From the NCBI GenBank assembly GCA_040954595.2, contig CM082576.2:5955129-6019128 (forward strand): a stretch of 64,000 nucleotides of DNA, written 5' to 3'. A program made the position numbers and the translations under genes. The number at the start of each line of letters is the position of its first letter. Position 1 is the first letter of the stretch. This DNA comes from Balanoglossus misakiensis. Its lineage: Eukaryota > Animalia > Hemichordata. The notes beneath the pieces were generated by a model that was not told the DNA's origin, did no database searches, and was given only the letters and a program-made list of their open reading frames with translations. Shown here one piece after another: positions 32,782 to 54,779 of the stretch.

Positions 32782-33999
32782 CTAAGGCTTTCCTCCATGA
32801 TCGTCACCAGTATCTTCTTGGCTTTGTTGAACAGGGAGCGGCTGCAACGCTCTGTTGTGTTTATTCAACCAAAGCAGTTCGTTCTGCGAAGGATGGAGGG
32901 GAGAAAGAGGCGGGAAGTGATAGCTTAAAGTTTTCACGTGGCACAAAAGATACACAAACTAATACCGCACCGCGCAAGTAAAAGTAGTCGCAATACCCTA
33001 CATCTGATTTTAATCAGATTGGCTTTCTACCGATGTACAACATTTTTCGTGCCCGGATCACACAACGGTTTGGTCCCGCTGTCATCCGATAAATTTGCGC
33101 TGTTGCTGACATGGGATACGCGTGGCTCCTGCCAATTATCTAAAATCTTGAATGGCCAATAGAAATAAATTGCCCTGTGGGCGGATTTCCCCCAAATTAG
33201 TGCATCTGACATTTTGTTTCTAACCAACTAAAAACGACAATTAGGAACTCAATATTCTCGATGAATAAAGTGAAAGGTTTATAAGAAAGTGAACGGTTAT
33301 AAAACTTACGAGGGCGTTGGGAACAAACTTATCATTTTCTTTCTCTTGTAATTCGTAGATCCAGAAACCATCATCCTCCATGTCTCTACTCTCCCTCGTC
33401 TCGGACTGGTCATCATACCACTGCCGATCCCCGTTTGGCTTGAAATCGGCGAACTTCGGACGGCCTTCGTTCGCTACGCCATTCATCCAGTCATAATCCC
33501 CGCTGTATTCGGCTTCGAGTTCGCTGTTGGCGGGGGGCTGCCACAGTCCAAACTCCGCGAGTTCTTGGTTGCCGCCGACGATTTTCTGTGGGCCGTGCTT
33601 CATGCCGTACTCGTCCGCTAACTCTTCCATCCGCTGAAACTTGGGTTTGACGTATATCGGGCCGGACGCGCGGCCAAGATTATCCAGGCCTAAGTCGTCC
33701 GCGAAGTCGATGCGCTCCGCCGCCGAGCCGCCATCCCCAAGCCCGGGGTACAAATAACCAGCATTCGCTGCAGCCAAGCGGCCCTTAACGTCGTCACCGC
33801 CGTCGAGCTGACCACTCCTCGTGTCAATATTACCAGCCTTCGGAATTAGGGGATCCTGGTACCCGAACGCCCTCTTCAGCAAAGTTGCCTCGCCGTGTGG
33901 TATGCCAATGATTTGCCGCCATCCCAAGATGCTGACTGTATCGCAAAACGTCACTATGGCAACCAGCGACAGCAGGAGTCTTGAAAGAGTCGGTAGCAT
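32782..33999 (-). CDS. Secreted acidic pre-pro-protein of unknown function (~263 aa)
   Basis: ATG 33999 follows a splice acceptor at 34011. Signal peptide MLPTLSRLLLSLVAIVTFCDTVS, then a KR dibasic site. Coding exon runs to 33310 (donor GTAAGT). Terminal exon 32883-32782 (NELLWLNKHNRALQPLPVQQSQEDTGDDHGGKP*) follows a strong pyrimidine tract. AATAAA at 32180-32175. A likely non-coding 5' exon ends at 36090 (GTAAGT). Confidence 0.75.
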
Positions 34000-35011
34000 G
34001 ATATATCTAGCTGTACAGAGAACATTAAAGATAGCCATAGTTATATAGATTATAATGAACACGTAAAATACACCGTATGCACATGTATGCTGGTGGCTGT
34101 ATTTTTCGCCTGATGTTCAGCCGTTTGTCATCAGTGATGATTACAAAAGTTGTATTTTTTCTTAGACCCCTCCCAATTAAGGATCAACCGGAACAGACGC
34201 ACTGCACGACTCATCTCTATCGCTACACTGACGATGGATGCGGTCCATGACACACGCATCTGCTGCCGTCTTACGTCATAGGGCTTCTGACGGAGACGCA
34301 GTACTAGTATTTCTTTGCAAGCCAGGCGCCAATCCACCGCGATTATCTAATATGCAGTAATAACCGCTCTAATTCCATTCTATAGCATTTTCCAAATGAC
34401 CCCGCCGACAGAGATGCACCCGTGGCTACATGATTTTGACGTTTCTCGCCGAATTCACTATTCAGATTTATGTTCGCGATCACCCCGTTTCTTGGCAAGT
34501 GAATTTTTTACGCCAACGCGCATCGCGACCACTTGTCAATTTCATCAATTCCCACGCGCCTCTGAGACGCGATATGTAAGTCTCCAAAAGCGGCAATGTG
34601 TCGCAATAAACCTCAATACATTTGTTTTTCCCCTTGCGGAAAATAATGGAGACGTAAAATCGCGAGCAGCCCATTTCCTGGGTTATTACCGGCAATATAT
34701 CGAACCCCCGTAGCATGCCTGTATAGTGACTTATAAAAGATGTTTCAGAAATTTAATAATTGACGATGATGATATATAGACATGCTGAAAGCTTCTTGCG
34801 GCGTTTAACGTGCATTATATGTTATTCAACCTCCGTCAGGGGTATAAATCAGTGACATAGCCAGTGGAGTGTGTTGGGAGTTGTTTGCGATAAATCACTG
34901 AGCCAGATTAGCCCCGTGATTAGCCTACCGCTGATCTTCTTTGTAGAAGTATCAAGCTGTTGACGTTCTAATTACATATAATGCCCCCTGCTCGAAGGAG
35001 GGTTAGTGTCG

Positions 35012-35590
35012 GTGACGTCACTCTGACGGCAGAGCTTTGCCTGTCTCGACGACAGAGATATGGGTGATGGATTGACTGAGGTGGCGGGAAATTCCGGTCC
35101 GGCATCATATCCCGCGGGGTTTCTCCCCAGTATTTCCTGATGTATCGCTCAAGATAGCCGTGGGTCCGGACTCAACGATGAGGGGGGGGGGGGGGTTGAA
35201 AAGTTTCTTCTTGCTCCTTAACTATGAGAAGATGTTTTCATGTCGAAGCTCAAGTAAAACAATCACTACATAGCTTAATCATATTTTTATCATTTGGAGA
35301 ATAGAGCATTATATGCGTGGACGACACCATTGCCAAGGACAAGCTGACATTAGTGCAATTATCGGTGGGAATCAACGCGCTAGTGCACACACTTGTGGAA
35401 ATAAAGGAGTATAGCACCACCAATAATCTATCTAATCTCTGTCCTCGCTTGCGTCCACAAGAGTGTCAGAGCCGATAATTACACGATTGTGACACTGTCA
35501 CGACGAAACAGTGCAAAGCAGTCCATCTTGGGGACCGCTGGTTACGGGCAACTCCGTGCGAATATATGTACATTTTGCCTGTGACGTCAC
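35012..35590. promoter_or_regulatory. Two perfect CRE palindromes (GTGACGTCAC) in the putative first intron of the secreted-protein gene
   Basis: GTGACGTCAC at 35012-35021 and 35581-35590. Confidence 0.4.
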
Positions 35591-38140
35591 ACTGGAATTT
35601 CAAAAAAGAGACCGAATCTTCAATTTCTCCGAGCGTTAAAGGTCCACTGCTGTGAAGTAAATCGGTTTTAAAGTGGCTATGCTGAATTCTTCCTTGTTGC
35701 TATTCATCAGATGTACCGGAGGGCCTGGAGTAATGATGACACGGGGATGTGTTTTTACACAGCCATAAACAGCCTCCCTTGTTAGAAAATGGCCCTATTT
35801 TCAGAGGCATTTCCTGTTACTAGCCGTTCATGACATATTAACTCGCAGGTATACATGGAGGTATCATGTAAACTTAATGAGTTGTCTTCGGGAGAAGAAT
35901 TAAATCTCTCTGTGTGTCTCTGTCTGTATCTCTCTCTCACTGTTTACGATTTACATGGGTGCAAGTTTAAAACGCGTTAAAACATTTTACCAAAATAATA
36001 AGGGGTTGATAGTTATGAATACAAACAATCGAGAATTCTGTCAGAACATCGAGTAAATGTAACATATCACATGGAAAAAGTCAACTTACCGCGTATACAG
36101 CATATAAACGTATAGCCTACGGTGGTGTCCAACTTGGTCAGTGGTGAAGACTCCAAAGTAGATTAGCTAGACTTGTACATCCTCACCGAAATGTCGTTCT
36201 GCAAATGAGTAAAACAAACGTGTCGTGATCGTAAATTCGCGGACATATAAACAAAATTAAGAAGAAACGCATAGACAGGTGAAGTTTTACGAGGCATGCG
36301 TGTGTGATTTGCGAGAAAAGTAGCGACACGCCGAAATCCACATTATAAGTATATAGTCGCTACCTTATTACCTTGCCAGGAGCAAGGAAGTAGTGGAGGA
36401 GATGTTAGCAGCGGAGAGCCGTCGTCTTGAGTGGATTATTTGGCAATTTCACCTCAGCTCCGTCTCTCGCAAAGCACCACGGGAAAACCACCTACGGCTC
36501 TTCAGAACCCATCGCATGCATTTAGTACGTGACACGGCGGATGCCGCTGACGCTGGCTGCATTAGTGATTTCTGTGAACTTTAAAAGGAAAACCGATACC
36601 GCATGAAAACGTTCTCTTGCAAAGAATGATGTACGGTTTGTGGGAAAATTACACCTATCTCAGTGGGATTCGAATATCATGATTAGGCGGTGTTTTTTGT
36701 GTACCCGCCCACTCTTTCTGACAACCTAGTTATTAACTGTGTATAATCCAACCAGGATGATCAAAAGACTCCTGTGTAATCAGCTTTGTCATTTATATAT
36801 GTCGGTCCTAATTTGCCGTAGCGAACAGATATAGTGATGCTCTATTGTGGACACTAGATTAGCCGAACCATAGCTCTTTGCGATATCAAAACAAAGGAAA
36901 AACACATACATGTACAAATGTATTTTTACCTGGACAAGCAAACAAAAAACCCCGCAAGGACTAAAGGTCTATTGTTCCTATCAATAGAAATGACCACGCC
37001 AACAAATGTGGGCCTTTAACATGTTTAATGAACCGTATCCAGATCCAGAAACTGCCAGTTACGAACCGACCAAGATCCTTGAACCGACCCAAATCAAGAA
37101 ATGCCCGTTCGGACGACAGAGGCGATGATGCTTTGGCACGTGACCTGGCTCAGCTCCGAGATTGCTTCTCAAATGAGTACGTACAATTCCTTGTGGGAGG
37201 AGGGTACTGTCTACAGAATTCAGTGACAGCTGGTATGGCTCTTATTAAAAGATGTGCTGCAAGAAATAAACGATCGCGCGCAGGCACAGGACGAATGCGA
37301 GTGCTGATGTAAAAGGCCGTTGAACTGATTGATGTAACACACTAGACGATTTCAATTTTCCGGTTTTCGAAGCTCGCTCGATAATGACAAAAGTTGCATT
37401 CAACAGGCCTGGCGCTATAATTGCAGCTGGACCCACGTTTTCTCAGAAGCGAATGCTTCAGTTGCGTCGTCAATGATTGTATGAGGAGGTTACGCCACCT
37501 GGTGTTGTTTGCTTCGAACTGAGCTGCATAATTAAATCTAGACCAGCGCGTTGCCAAATTCATAAGGCAGAATTGAAAGCCCCAATAGCTGCCACTTCCG
37601 TAGTGTCGTGTTAAAGGTTGGGGAAAGATGAAGACTGTGGTATTTCTCGATAAAAATATTCTGTAAGCGGCAGTTATTTTGGACCAAAAGCCCTTTCTTT
37701 ATACAGGAAAACAATAGAACGATCTGTGATGCAGGCAAAACAACCCCTTTGATTTTTTTCTGCTGTGCGATGTATTTAAATTTAACAAACGGCGAGCGTG
37801 GGAGATAATTAATGCACTCATGATGTGCTTCACAGCCCCGCAATATTGGATGTTGGGCCCTAAGCCTAAGGATACCAAAAAATGGCGAGAAAGTTTCAAA
37901 TTATCCAAGCATATGCATCAAATCGATCTGGTGTCTTGCCCAAACTGTTTGCTGGCCTACGTCATTTGCCTATTAGTCTAATAAAGAACCGAGCGTCAAA
38001 ATAAAAGTGACGTCTCAATTAGGATCAAAAATTTCTTCCGCCACATTGACCGCAAAATGTTTTAGGGCTATTATCAAACGCCGTTTCTAATTCCCCGAAC
38101 CGGATTCGTCGTGCTGTTGATGAGAACGGAGTTGTCTCAC

Positions 38141-38176
38141 TTTAAAAGGACGATATGACGTCACGGAGCCAATCAG
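38141..38176 (-). promoter_or_regulatory. CCAAT box + CRE + TATA-like module, a possible distal promoter
   Basis: On the + strand: TTTAAAA (38141), TGACGTCA (38156-38163) and AGCCAATCAG. The order suits transcription on the minus strand. Confidence 0.35.
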
Positions 38177-40049
38177 CATTAGTGTCACAGCTTGGGTCTC
38201 GTGTACAACCTCCGCTCGCTAAGCATGAAAGATGTTGTTGGCGCTCGGCTAGGCTTTCAAAACCAGTTCTCATACAATGTACCTTGTCATCAAATACCTA
38301 GATTACTGTGGGGATCTACGTTTAGACCTATTATGGTCACAATCACCATTTACGCCTATATACACCCGGGCCAATATCTTTTACCATCTTTTACTAACAA
38401 CATTAGTTTCATTGGATTTCAGATTTGGTGAATGGTTTATGAAAATATTAGCTTGTGGGTTTGGTCGTCGACAAAGAAAAAAATACATGTAATTTAACAT
38501 CACTATTAAAAGTATACTTTCTCTGGATCTTGCTACACTACACACACGGTGATGTGATGCGAAATGTTCAAGATGCATCATGGGATACTACGTCGGACAA
38601 CACAAGAGCATGCGCATGGCACTTACGCACCCGTTCCCATGACTTCCTGGACGAATGACGTGCCTTGTGAACGTAGGAAATGTTACGAAATGTATATTAT
38701 CACATGTAAGTAGCGACAAATGTATTACTGTCATGTTGCATTTATGAATATCTTTAACTGACGCCGAAAACTGGCAAAAACTGCTTGTAACCGGGCCGAA
38801 CGCATTGTATGGTGATCCAAAAGGCCAAAGTTTATGACAGCGCCCTCTACACACCTAATTTCGTATTCACTCGTTCTTGTCGATTGCCACCACAACACTT
38901 GTGCTGTCACGCATCATATTGACAATGATCAACAGATCTTTATTATACTGAACCCTAGAAGGTGGACTCCAGTAAGTGGAATCCCATGTGCTCACGACTG
39001 CACCTCTGATACAGTGCCATATATATGTACAGCCACTTATTTACCCATTCCCCATCACATTTGCAGAAACTACCACACCCAGCCCCTTCCCCCCCCCCCT
39101 CGGACAGAGCTCATGCACATGATTAAAACCACTATAAAGATCCAGTTTCATCAATGAAATGCTTTCCCTAGAATGTGACGAGGAATCGCCCACAGAAATA
39201 TTTCTTCGTATCCCTACACACACCCTGCATTGATACTTTATTCATCATTATATATATACCTTTTCTGCACCTTCGTGGTGAGCGACGTTAAAATATTGGC
39301 AGTCAAACACTGTCTCTACATCCAGAATGTTTTCATTTTTTTCCCTATTCCCCTTTAGTTTAGTGTTTGGGTAATTTCTGGGGCAAAAAAAAAAATTATT
39401 GACCATAAGTTGTCATAAAATGCTCTAGAGTATTAGGTTAACATAAAGCTCATCGGATTGATAAAGTACATTGTATTTTAAGGATAAAAGAAGCCACAAA
39501 AAGCACATTATAGGATCAGATCACTTTTCTTTAAACTCCAAAAAGTCTTCAGAGGACAGTATACCAGTTCCACTGACTGGCTTGTCTAAGACACCCTGTC
39601 CACAAGGCAGTCCAGTCTGAGAGTAACGCAGCTAATTCCTTGAAATGATCTATTGAGGTTTTTTAGGTAGAAATACTCCCAGCAGCAAAATCCATATGTA
39701 CATGAATTTCCACCTACACTTGGAGAGAAGCTGAATTGTATTATCTACACTGTAATTTAAAAACAGTCTTTCTCTCTGTTTTTTATCGATAGGTACCACA
39801 CCACTGTGCCCATAATATTTCTTTCTTTTTTTATTGTGGTTTTGTCGCTAATTGACAAGAATTATGGGAAATGGCACTTCTTTTCAGCTTGACCTTACCA
39901 CAGTCTCCTTTTCCCCCAAATTTCAATATAAGGCAGCCCTGTGCCATTTTTTTACATAGTATGCAACACCTATCCCAACCACCTGGAGTATTGAGACAGA
40001 TATTGCATGTAGTGATGTCTTCTGCCCATTGCACTTTGTTTTGGGGGCT

Positions 40050-43000
40050 TTACGCCATGAAGACAACAAACACGATGAAGAATACTATAAGAACAATAAA
40101 TATCTTGATCATTAGCCAGCGGTTTGATGTAACAGACTGGAAGTATTTCAGCAGTTCACCATGAGCGGCTTCCACATTCATGTGAGTGTCTTCGACGTTT
40201 TGGTCAATCCTGCAAGGACAAGAGAAAATGGGGAACTGTTAAACTCGGGCAAAGATGAAATCAGGGAGACGCTAGTACTACGTCATCTGTTTGTAATATT
40301 TCCAGCTTTGTACAGTTCAAATATTGCGCTGCTCTTCACTGTTTCACATCTGTTTTTGAATAAATCCTAGAATTGGTTCTAAGTTTCCTGTGAGAGAAAA
40401 ATGAAGGCATATTTCAGAAGGTAGTACGGTAAACCTACCTTTGCACCTGTTCTTCTTGTTCTTTCACCATGTGTGCCAGCTGCTGGAATATGCTTCCCAG
40501 TTCCACGATGGTGGCTTCTATACTTTCCATAGTACTTGCCCTGCTCTGAATGTACGAGTCCTGTTCGTCGATCAGCTGTAACTGCTGTTGGTATCGGTCC
40601 CCCTTGTGCATGTCGTCCATGTTGATGGCAACATCCCCGCCAAGGCCTCCGTAGCTTGTCTTTTCATCTTGAAGTAACACTGAACCAGCTTTGGGAGAAA
40701 CCAGGCATTTCTGTTACTAGCCTGAAGGCTGTGAGTTCAATGCAGTGGAAATCTAATTCTAGAGTCAGGAATTTGACAGCAGAAGATGGTTCAAGAGGCC
40801 ATTTGTGGTTAGGTATTAAAAGAGACACTACTATCATATCTAAATGCAGGTTTCACTATTTTCCACTAGTGTTTGCATGTATGCTTTACATTAGCCTAAC
40901 ACTTATGTGATAGCATCATCCCAAAAAGGATGTTAGATAATTTAACTACTAATCCCTTCCCCAACATAAGGACTCAATCAGTCAATGCAATATATCCCAA
41001 CCAAAAAACTTCCATGATTATGGTAAGAGATTAAGACCTGTACCCACTGTCATACTTACTATTGCCATTAGTCGCTGACGGCGGCAAACTAGCTGCTACA
41101 GGTCCCTGGGAGAACTGTTCCCTCCTGGACTTCTGTTCTTTTAGGTTCTGCAGAAAAAAAATACAGGAACAAATCAGAGATGGCTATAATATGTTTCACA
41201 CAAGTCATAAGACTGTTGATCACTTGTTCACAGCACAAACACAAGTAAACAGCGAGTAACAATGCCACAAGCGAACTGAATAAAGGTAACACTTGCCTGA
41301 GTTCGAAGTTCAAGGACTTGTTTGAAATCACTGGACATGGTTGCAAGCTTAGACTGAAGGGATACCACCACTTGGCTGGAATGTGACTGTAGGTGTCTGC
41401 CGCTCTTGTGTGCTTTCATCTTAACCAACTACAAAATATCCACACACAAAATCTAGGGTCATAACTTAATAAGCATTGTATGTTTGTAGGTGAGGTCAAG
41501 GGTCAAGAGGTAAACATGACCTGACAATGACGATTTGATATCGGTCAGTACAGAACTCTTTCAAATGACTACATTGCCCATTTGATAATTCATTTTAATA
41601 TGAAAAATGATAACCCTTTCTCAAACCGGCATATGAAATGAAAGACAGAGCAGAGGTCAGAATATTTGGCAGAATATTACCTGTTGTAACTGTGCTATTT
41701 GTTTATTCAGATTGTTTATGTCCTGTTTAATAATATATGTCAACTCCTGTATTTCCACCGGTTTGTCGTCAAAGAGGGATTTTCTTTTTGCCACTGTGAA
41801 GATCAAAAAACACAAATCAATATGATGTTTTATACCTTTGTCTAGTCGCTGATAGTTACTGACCATAGTCCAAAGGCCAGCATTTGTGTTGATAAGTTTG
41901 AGAAACAGTCAAGTAACATACAATGGTTGATATCACATCTTATATAATCAAAAGAGTCTTGAACGTTCATATAAAATATATTTTTCAAGACACTGTCATT
42001 AATATTAGTGATGGGAAGTTATGTATACTTACATATCGTGAGCTTCTCCAGTTTTGCAAATGTATTGCTGATGTCATATCCAATTTTCCTACAAAAGACA
42101 TACGACTCAATGAGAATTTATAACATCATTTTGGGATCACAGCACATGTCAAGGTTATACACGTATCTACACACACCGGAACATAAACAAAGTATACAAT
42201 GCTGCACCATACTGTGTACATGTATAAATTCAAAATAATTTTTATCAATATTCAGTTTTTAGTTGTAATTTTTATACAGATTTTAATCCAAGTAGGACAA
42301 TTTCCTCATAGTCAAAGTCTGCAAGCAAACGTGGTTTTCCTAAGGTCATCATATTTGTCTGTTCATTCAAACACCACATCCTGTTTACACCTGTATGTAC
42401 ATGTTTTGTTTACTCCTCATGTTATTTTACATGTGAGCAGGACAATGATGTAAATACTGCCAGGTTGCAGCTAGGGACACTGTCCTACATACATGTGTTA
42501 CTCAGGGACTTCATCCAACTTAACATTTGTACAGCCTGGGTATGTGGGCTCTCACTTCGACAAACACTGGTTTGAAAATGCAAGATCACAACCATTGTTT
42601 ATCATCGGTGCTTCTATCCATGGAGATGCATCTACTAACCTTGCAATCATTGTAAATTCACTGTGCTGTAACTTCCTGTGGTTCTGGCTTTGTGGTGGGA
42701 TTCCATTGACCTGAAAACATAAAGATTGGAGAAAAGGGGGAGAGATTGAAATCAGTCAGTGTAACTGAAATGACAAGAGTTTACAGCTTTCACGTTGCAC
42801 ATTAATCTGTTCATTAATCAAATCCAGAATTCTAACCAAAACATGAATGACGAAAATGTCAAAAAGGCCTATAATAATGCATTGCTCCTAAATGAAAACT
42901 TGTATTCTGAGGTACCTGTCTTGATTGAAAAGACTTGACAGCTGACAGAAACTCGTTTGTACGGTCACGGCACGTCATGTCAGAATCGTATCTTTCTACA

Positions 43001-43092
43001 TAGGTTTCAGCCACATGAGGTTTTCCAAAGGTGTTCCAGTTTTCTTCTTCCCTGGCTTCGTCTGAGTATGTTCTCCTCCTTCTAGTGGTCAT
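40050..43092 (-). CDS. STX5: Syntaxin-5 (Golgi Qa-SNARE), long form ~348 aa
   Basis: Exons 43092-42916, 42710-42640, 42088-42033, 41793-41681, 41428-41297, 41147-41060, 40688-40439, 40209-40050. Motifs MTCRDRTNEF, FAKLEKLTILAKRKSLFDDKPVEIQELTYIIKQDI, SNARE MESIEATIVELGSIFQQLAHMVKEQEEQVQRID and a C-terminal TM (NRWLMIKIFIVLIVFFIVFVVFMA*). A non-coding exon donor lies at 43848. Confidence 0.96.
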
Positions 43093-43848
43093 CTGGCCAC
43101 ATAATTATTAATCCCACACTGATGATAAATAAGATTGTTGATGGTATTGCAGGTGATCAGGTAATACTTGAAAGGCCACTGAACATCAAAATGTAACTTG
43201 TAAGGCACTTCCTCCTGCAATACAATTACATCATTTAATGTTCCATGTAATTTTTCCACTACATAATAAGGCACTTATGATATCAATAAATTAGAATCTG
43301 ACAATTGGTCATCAGAGAAATAGATCTCACTCATTTTATTGATCCTTCACAACTTTTCATGTGATACTCAGTGTCAGTGGTACATTAGCCTAGGGAAAAC
43401 AGGTAATGCATGTATTATTTAGCGTTCACGTTGCTGTTCTATTATAATATTAACGACAACATTACTGTTAACGTCTGCCAGGGCCATGATAGAAGTGCGT
43501 TCACATCCAAATGTATGTGGGGTTACCCACTTCCGGTTCTAAATTTACACGTTTTAAAAAACCAAACCGCGGATACGATACACCATAGACCCTATGGATA
43601 CACCCACTATATGGTGCACCTAAGTTCCAAATTGTGTCACTGTCATATCTTCCAAACAGCAGCGACGTTTGTTAATCATACGCTTAATATTATACCATAC
43701 ACCCATGGACTGGAACAGTTTTATTAATGTTTCTGGATAAAAATGATATGGGTGGATTGATTTCATTTTAATATTAAATGTAAAACTGCCATGTCGACAA
43801 ACGAAAAACAAAGTCAAAATCCTTCATTTTGAAGCAATCATTACTCAC

Positions 43849-44475
43849 CAAAGACGAGTTATGGCGCAATAATAGCGTCGATTATCCAAGCCCAGTAAAC
43901 TCGTGTGGTCTTCCCGATGAACTCCTTTAATACAATATCACTTAGACGCAACAACACCGAAAGAAACGGGAAATAATTTCTAACAAATGGTTAAAACATC
44001 ACTGTCAACTCACCACCGGCCTGACGTCACCAACTTTCTAACGCATGCGTCATAGACTTGCGCGGAGAGCGATGGGTAAGCCTACGTAAGCCCAAGAAAG
44101 ACAATACAAATCCCTCAACTATGAGGATGCAAATGGACAAAGTGAACGGTTCTAAAATTGAAAAGGACTTTAACAGTAAATTTCAATTTAGTAGTAATTT
44201 TTTAGACTGATATTGGTGGCAACTGACGTTAATAGTTCGCCCACACCACCAGTTTATTAAGAAAAATAAGCAGCCATATTCAATGATTCTGAAGTAGCTA
44301 GGGGAATAATTTCACGCATTTCTCGCCTTATCTCGCTCAAACTAACGTGAGATCTTTCTTCTTGACTCAGTTCAGCCAGACAGCGGCACGGTGGGGATCG
44401 AGCTCCTGCAAATACTGTCTCTCCCTTGAAGGGAAAGTGATAAGAACACTGGAGAAGTGCCGGAAATATTCAAAC
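43849..44475. promoter_or_regulatory. Bidirectional promoter region shared by STX5 and MTR
   Basis: The STX5 5' non-coding exon ends at 43849 (-) and the MTR ATG is at 44476 (+). The interval holds a CRE TGACGTCA (44022-44029) and an NRF1-like palindrome ACGCATGCGT (44041-44050). Confidence 0.6.
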
Positions 44476-52798
<8,323 letters not shown>

Positions 52799-54779
52799 AG
52801 GGTAGACAGTGACCAGTGTTCTCTCCATGCCTCTAGCATTTACACACACATACTAGATAAGTTAAGGTTTTATGTCTGATCATTGAACAAACTGAAATTC
52901 AAAGTGTATTTTCTTTCACGCAGTGTTTGGAAAAATGTGCAGGCACCCACCCACACTCACGCTATGTTTGTGGAAAGTTTACATTTGCGCGCACTATGAT
53001 AAATTCTTGAGAATATATGTTATATGTATAACACCATCCAGCTATTTAAGTCAAATAACCTTGAACTTTGTGGACCCCTATTTATCATGGTGTTATGTTA
53101 CACCTAATATTAGTTGAAACAGACAGTGTACATGTATACAGTCTTGGCATCTGTGTTAGGATATCTTTATATCTTGAACATCACTGCCAGTGTGTTCATA
53201 CAGGTATTTTCTCATGTATTATCATGGTATTCCGACATGGCTGCATGTCCAGTTTTGATTGGTTGTCCGCATAGACAAGATGTTATCCAACCAATGAGAA
53301 CATACCTGAAATCATGTGTCAATGTTGGATGTCTTGTTATGGTACTCTTTGTATGTATAGGGAATTTCCAGAGAGCCTTATTTATGGTGGACCTGACACA
53401 GAAGTTTGCACATGTCATGAAATGACATGTCTAATATATTTGTGCTATTTTCTTTTTATAGAAGTTACATAGAGGTATAGTTTTCAAGGGAGTTAGATTT
53501 GATTAGCACTTCTTGCCTGAGACAGACAAGAAGTGTCAGCTGTGATGGTTCATAGATCAGAATTCAACGTTATACACACAACAACTCCAGCCCCTAAAAT
53601 ATCAGCATTAATACAGTGAAAATTCTTTTCTTTGTTTTTAATGTCTCTTTTAATTCAGTACAATACATTGCTGTACTATTTCTGGGACATAGTCATTTTT
53701 AATTTCCTGTAAAAAAAGCATTGTTCTGCCTGTGTAGTTATAGATGTGTTGGTACATGTATTTTAGATTAAAACTTGTTTTCTCAAAAGTAAAAATAGCT
53801 CTGCTGCCTTTTTGGGGTTCTACAGTGCATGGTTGTATTTTTTTGCCACGTTTGCCAGTTTTCTTTTACCTTTTTCATGCTGTCATCATTTGTTGCTATG
53901 TGTTTATGTGATAGGCTTGTTTTATCAGTGATTTGATATTATTTTTAAAAATGCAAAAATTGGCTTGTGATGGTGAATTTTGTTCATATTTTAGAGTTTG
54001 CCTTGAAATTACATAAACAGATGGTTATTAAAAGTCATATCTAATATGCCTATTCACACTTGATGCTTATTTTGGTGTCTTTTTTTAGAACTATGTAACC
54101 AACCACACTTTCTTCGTATGTCGATAAAAACGTAATGTACATTTTAATAGTAAATGCCGTAGAGGGCGGAATTCAATGTTGAAATGAAATCATCTTAAGA
54201 CACTTCTGCTTTAACAAGGCGGTAATGAATTTGAACTCTGCGACTCAATTCTCAAAAACGATAACATACCAGTAGCACCGTTTGCAGTCACGGTCTATAA
54301 GGAATGACTGGTGGATTAACAATGACTCAATTCAGTCGTGGTACGTGACGAAGTTCAATCGTTATCTTCCAGTTTCTTCCAAGAAGACCACACGACGGTT
54401 ATGACAGAGACCAGCCAATATATTGAATTTATCATATTCATATTCCCCTATTCATAAACATGTCCACTTTTGCCTGCAGAGCCTTAAAGCTAGTTAACCT
54501 ACATGCATGTTTGCCCCAATTGCGTGGAGGTCGAGAGATACGCTCCAGGTACTTTTTTTGCACACTCCATCATCACACGAAATCTTTGAGAGTCGTGTGA
54601 ATCACACTCCGTACATAGATAGGATCAGTTACACACAAACAGAGCTGGTGTTCGGGCCGTTATATTGTCACTCGAGACTCTGGGTCCCTCCTCTCCGAAA
54701 GTTGTTATGAACTGAAAGAAAGCTTGCTCGCCGGTTTGTACGTCATCTTCTAAGTTTTTTTTTACACTGTGTGCGAAAT

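Noticed and set aside
35182-35195. Poly-G runs (also near 1682, 7617, 25290 and 50077) as G-quadruplex elements
   Set aside because: Isolated homopolymers in introns or intergenic DNA with no supporting context.
37063-37096. 18-bp duplication encoding DLGRF twice on the minus strand (RFamide-like)
   Set aside because: No amidation Gly or dibasic sites, an upstream in-frame stop and no signal peptide.
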